Below are positions 62,287 to 64,000 of a stretch of DNA of 64,000 nt, in pieces. The translations under genes were made by a program, and so were the position numbers. The stretch is from assembly GCF_030684315.1 (NCBI RefSeq), contig NC_081366.1, positions 45,980,078-46,044,077 of the forward strand, given 5' to 3'. The first letter of the stretch is position 1. Each line of letters starts with the position of its first letter. Source of the DNA: Stegostoma tigrinum (taxonomy: Eukaryota). The notes below the pieces were generated by a model. It did no database searches. It worked only from the letters and a program-made list of their open reading frames with translations, and was not told where the DNA came from.

Positions 62287-62375
62287 GATAATGAAATGTG
62301 AGGCTGGATGAACACAGCAGGCCCAGCAGCATCTCAGGAGCACAAAAGCTGACGTTTCGGGCCTAGACCCTTCAT
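62287..62375 (-). mobile_element. Tail-less solo PLE family-A arm, truncated inside the hammerhead core
   Basis: gtgaggctggatgaacacagcagg...gacgtttcgggcctagacccttcat, then an abrupt switch to CR1-derived sequence at 62376. Confidence 0.85.
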
Positions 62376-63750
62376 TGCTGTGAGAATGACTGACTTGTAG
62401 TTGCCAGGTTTATCCTTGGTCTTTTTTTTCCAAATAGAGACAAATTTGCAAACCTCTAGTACTTTGATATCACTTTGATTTAAGAGAAGATTTAAAGAGT
62501 TTGGCCATGCAAAATCTAAGTAGCTTCCACTCTCTGTAGCCTAGATCCATTCCATCTGAACTAAGTAATTTTTCTACTTTGAGGATTGTCAGACTTCAAA
62601 ATAAATTCTCTTTTCATCCTGTTCAGTATTGATTGATACTGCCTTCTTGTGTACCATTACATTGACAGAATCCTCTCCGGTGAAGGCAGAAGCAGAAGAA
62701 ACTAATTTAGCAACTCAGTCATGCTTTCTGTTTCCTTTTTGATGTCTCTGCCTTTCTATGGCTACTCTTTTAATAACTATATGTTTAAAAATTACTTTTA
62801 AGTTTGTTATGTTTGCTATTAATCTATTTTCTCCTAAACTCTCTTTTCACCCACATAGTTCCCTTTCCCTTATACTTTGTATATTCAAAATGCTTTTCTA
62901 CTAGCCATGAATTTTGCAATTGTTATAAGTCTTCTTTTCCTGTCTCATTTTAATTTCTATATCAGTCTTTCAGCTCTGGGTGCTCTTCCTTTACCCTTCA
63001 TAGGACAATATCTAATATGCAGGTGGGACTAGTTTGGGATTATGTTCGGCATGGATTGGTTGGACCGAAGGGTCTCCTTCCATGCTGTATGACTCTATGT
63101 AAAATCTTTCCTTGTTGAAAGCCTCCCATTGCAAAATTACTGTTTCAAGTACAAAACTCCAGTTCCAACCTTCTTAACCTAGTCTTTTTCAACTCACTAG
63201 AGTTAGCCCTTCTCCAATAATGTTTCTTTTCCTGACTGTATGTTTTACTTTTCATAATTATTCTAAAGCTAATGAATTATCTTATTTTTGATGTTCTCAG
63301 TGTATTATCAATGAATCCATGTTCCTGTTGCTTCATTTCATTGCCAGAACTAAATCTAGCACAGACTCCCTGTTTGGTTGGGTGGAAACACATCTCCCTT
63401 CCTTTACATGGTTACTATTCCATTTTACATTAAAACAACGGGAGTACCTTTGCTTTGTAATCTAGTTAATTCACTGAAAAATAGATGACATTCATCAAGA
63501 AATTGTATGTCATCTATTGATTCTATTTGAAGTCTGACAATCCTCAAAGTAGAAAAATTACTTAGTTCAGATGGAATGGATCTAGGCTACAGAGAGTGGA
63601 AGCTACTTAGATTTTGCATGGCCAAACTCTTTGATATCACTTTGATTTAAGAGAAGATTTAAAGTACTAGAGGTTTGCAAATTTGTCTCTATTTGGAAAA
63701 AAAAGACCAAGGATAAACCTGGCAACTACAAGTCAGTCATTCTCACAGCA
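62376..63750. repeat. 225-bp inverted duplication (62376-62600 vs 63526-63750) in a CR1 fragment
   Basis: The arms are exact reverse complements by eye, except for a 28-bp internal segment that has the same orientation in both. Confidence 0.92.
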
Positions 63751-64000
63751 CTGGTGGAAATACATCATCTTGTCTTTCTTAACAAAGTTGACTGGAACTA
63801 TGGAAAAGTATAGACTAGTAAATGAAAGATAGCACAGATTTATTGAAAGTAAATCATGTTAGACCCACATCATGCGTGAATGACTGATTAAATCCTTGAG
63901 GTAATGTTGAGGATTGCTTAGTGAGGCTGTTGTTTATGAGGAGTTTCAAAGAATTCCGGCAAAGTAGAATAGATTTCATAGAAGCCCTACGATACAGAAA

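Overview
Eukaryotic vertebrate genomic DNA, AT-rich and very repeat-rich. The repeat content (CR1-type LINEs, tRNA-derived HE1/V-type and Deu-type SINEs, Penelope-like elements) points to a cartilaginous fish, probably a shark (inference). Four spliced genes lie in the same order and relative orientation as the human CLTB-HIGD2A-NOP16-ARL10 cluster: the last exon of a clathrin light chain (+), HIGD2A (-, 2 exons, 103 aa), NOP16 (+, 5 exons, with an apparent 1-nt frameshift in exon 1) and ARL10 (-, 4 exons, 225 aa). HIGD2A and NOP16 share a ~480-bp bidirectional promoter built from a ~50-bp repeated GC-box + TGATTGACAG module. The most striking non-genic signal is a set of Penelope-like (PLE) retroelements from three families that end in minimal hammerhead ribozyme motifs. 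At least six insertions (110 bp to 3 kb) are fold-backs (inverted arms) with 12-16-bp target-site duplications and a tail on one arm only. In the two large intronic fold-backs, the hammerhead on the host-sense strand carries the same 3-nt core deletion, while the antisense copy is intact. A lone hammerhead arm also sits at the breakpoint of a ~1.4-kb inversion with a 225-bp inverted duplication and a nested 28-bp micro-inversion. All coordinates were read by eye. Exon boundaries were checked by phase; repeat boundaries are approximate.
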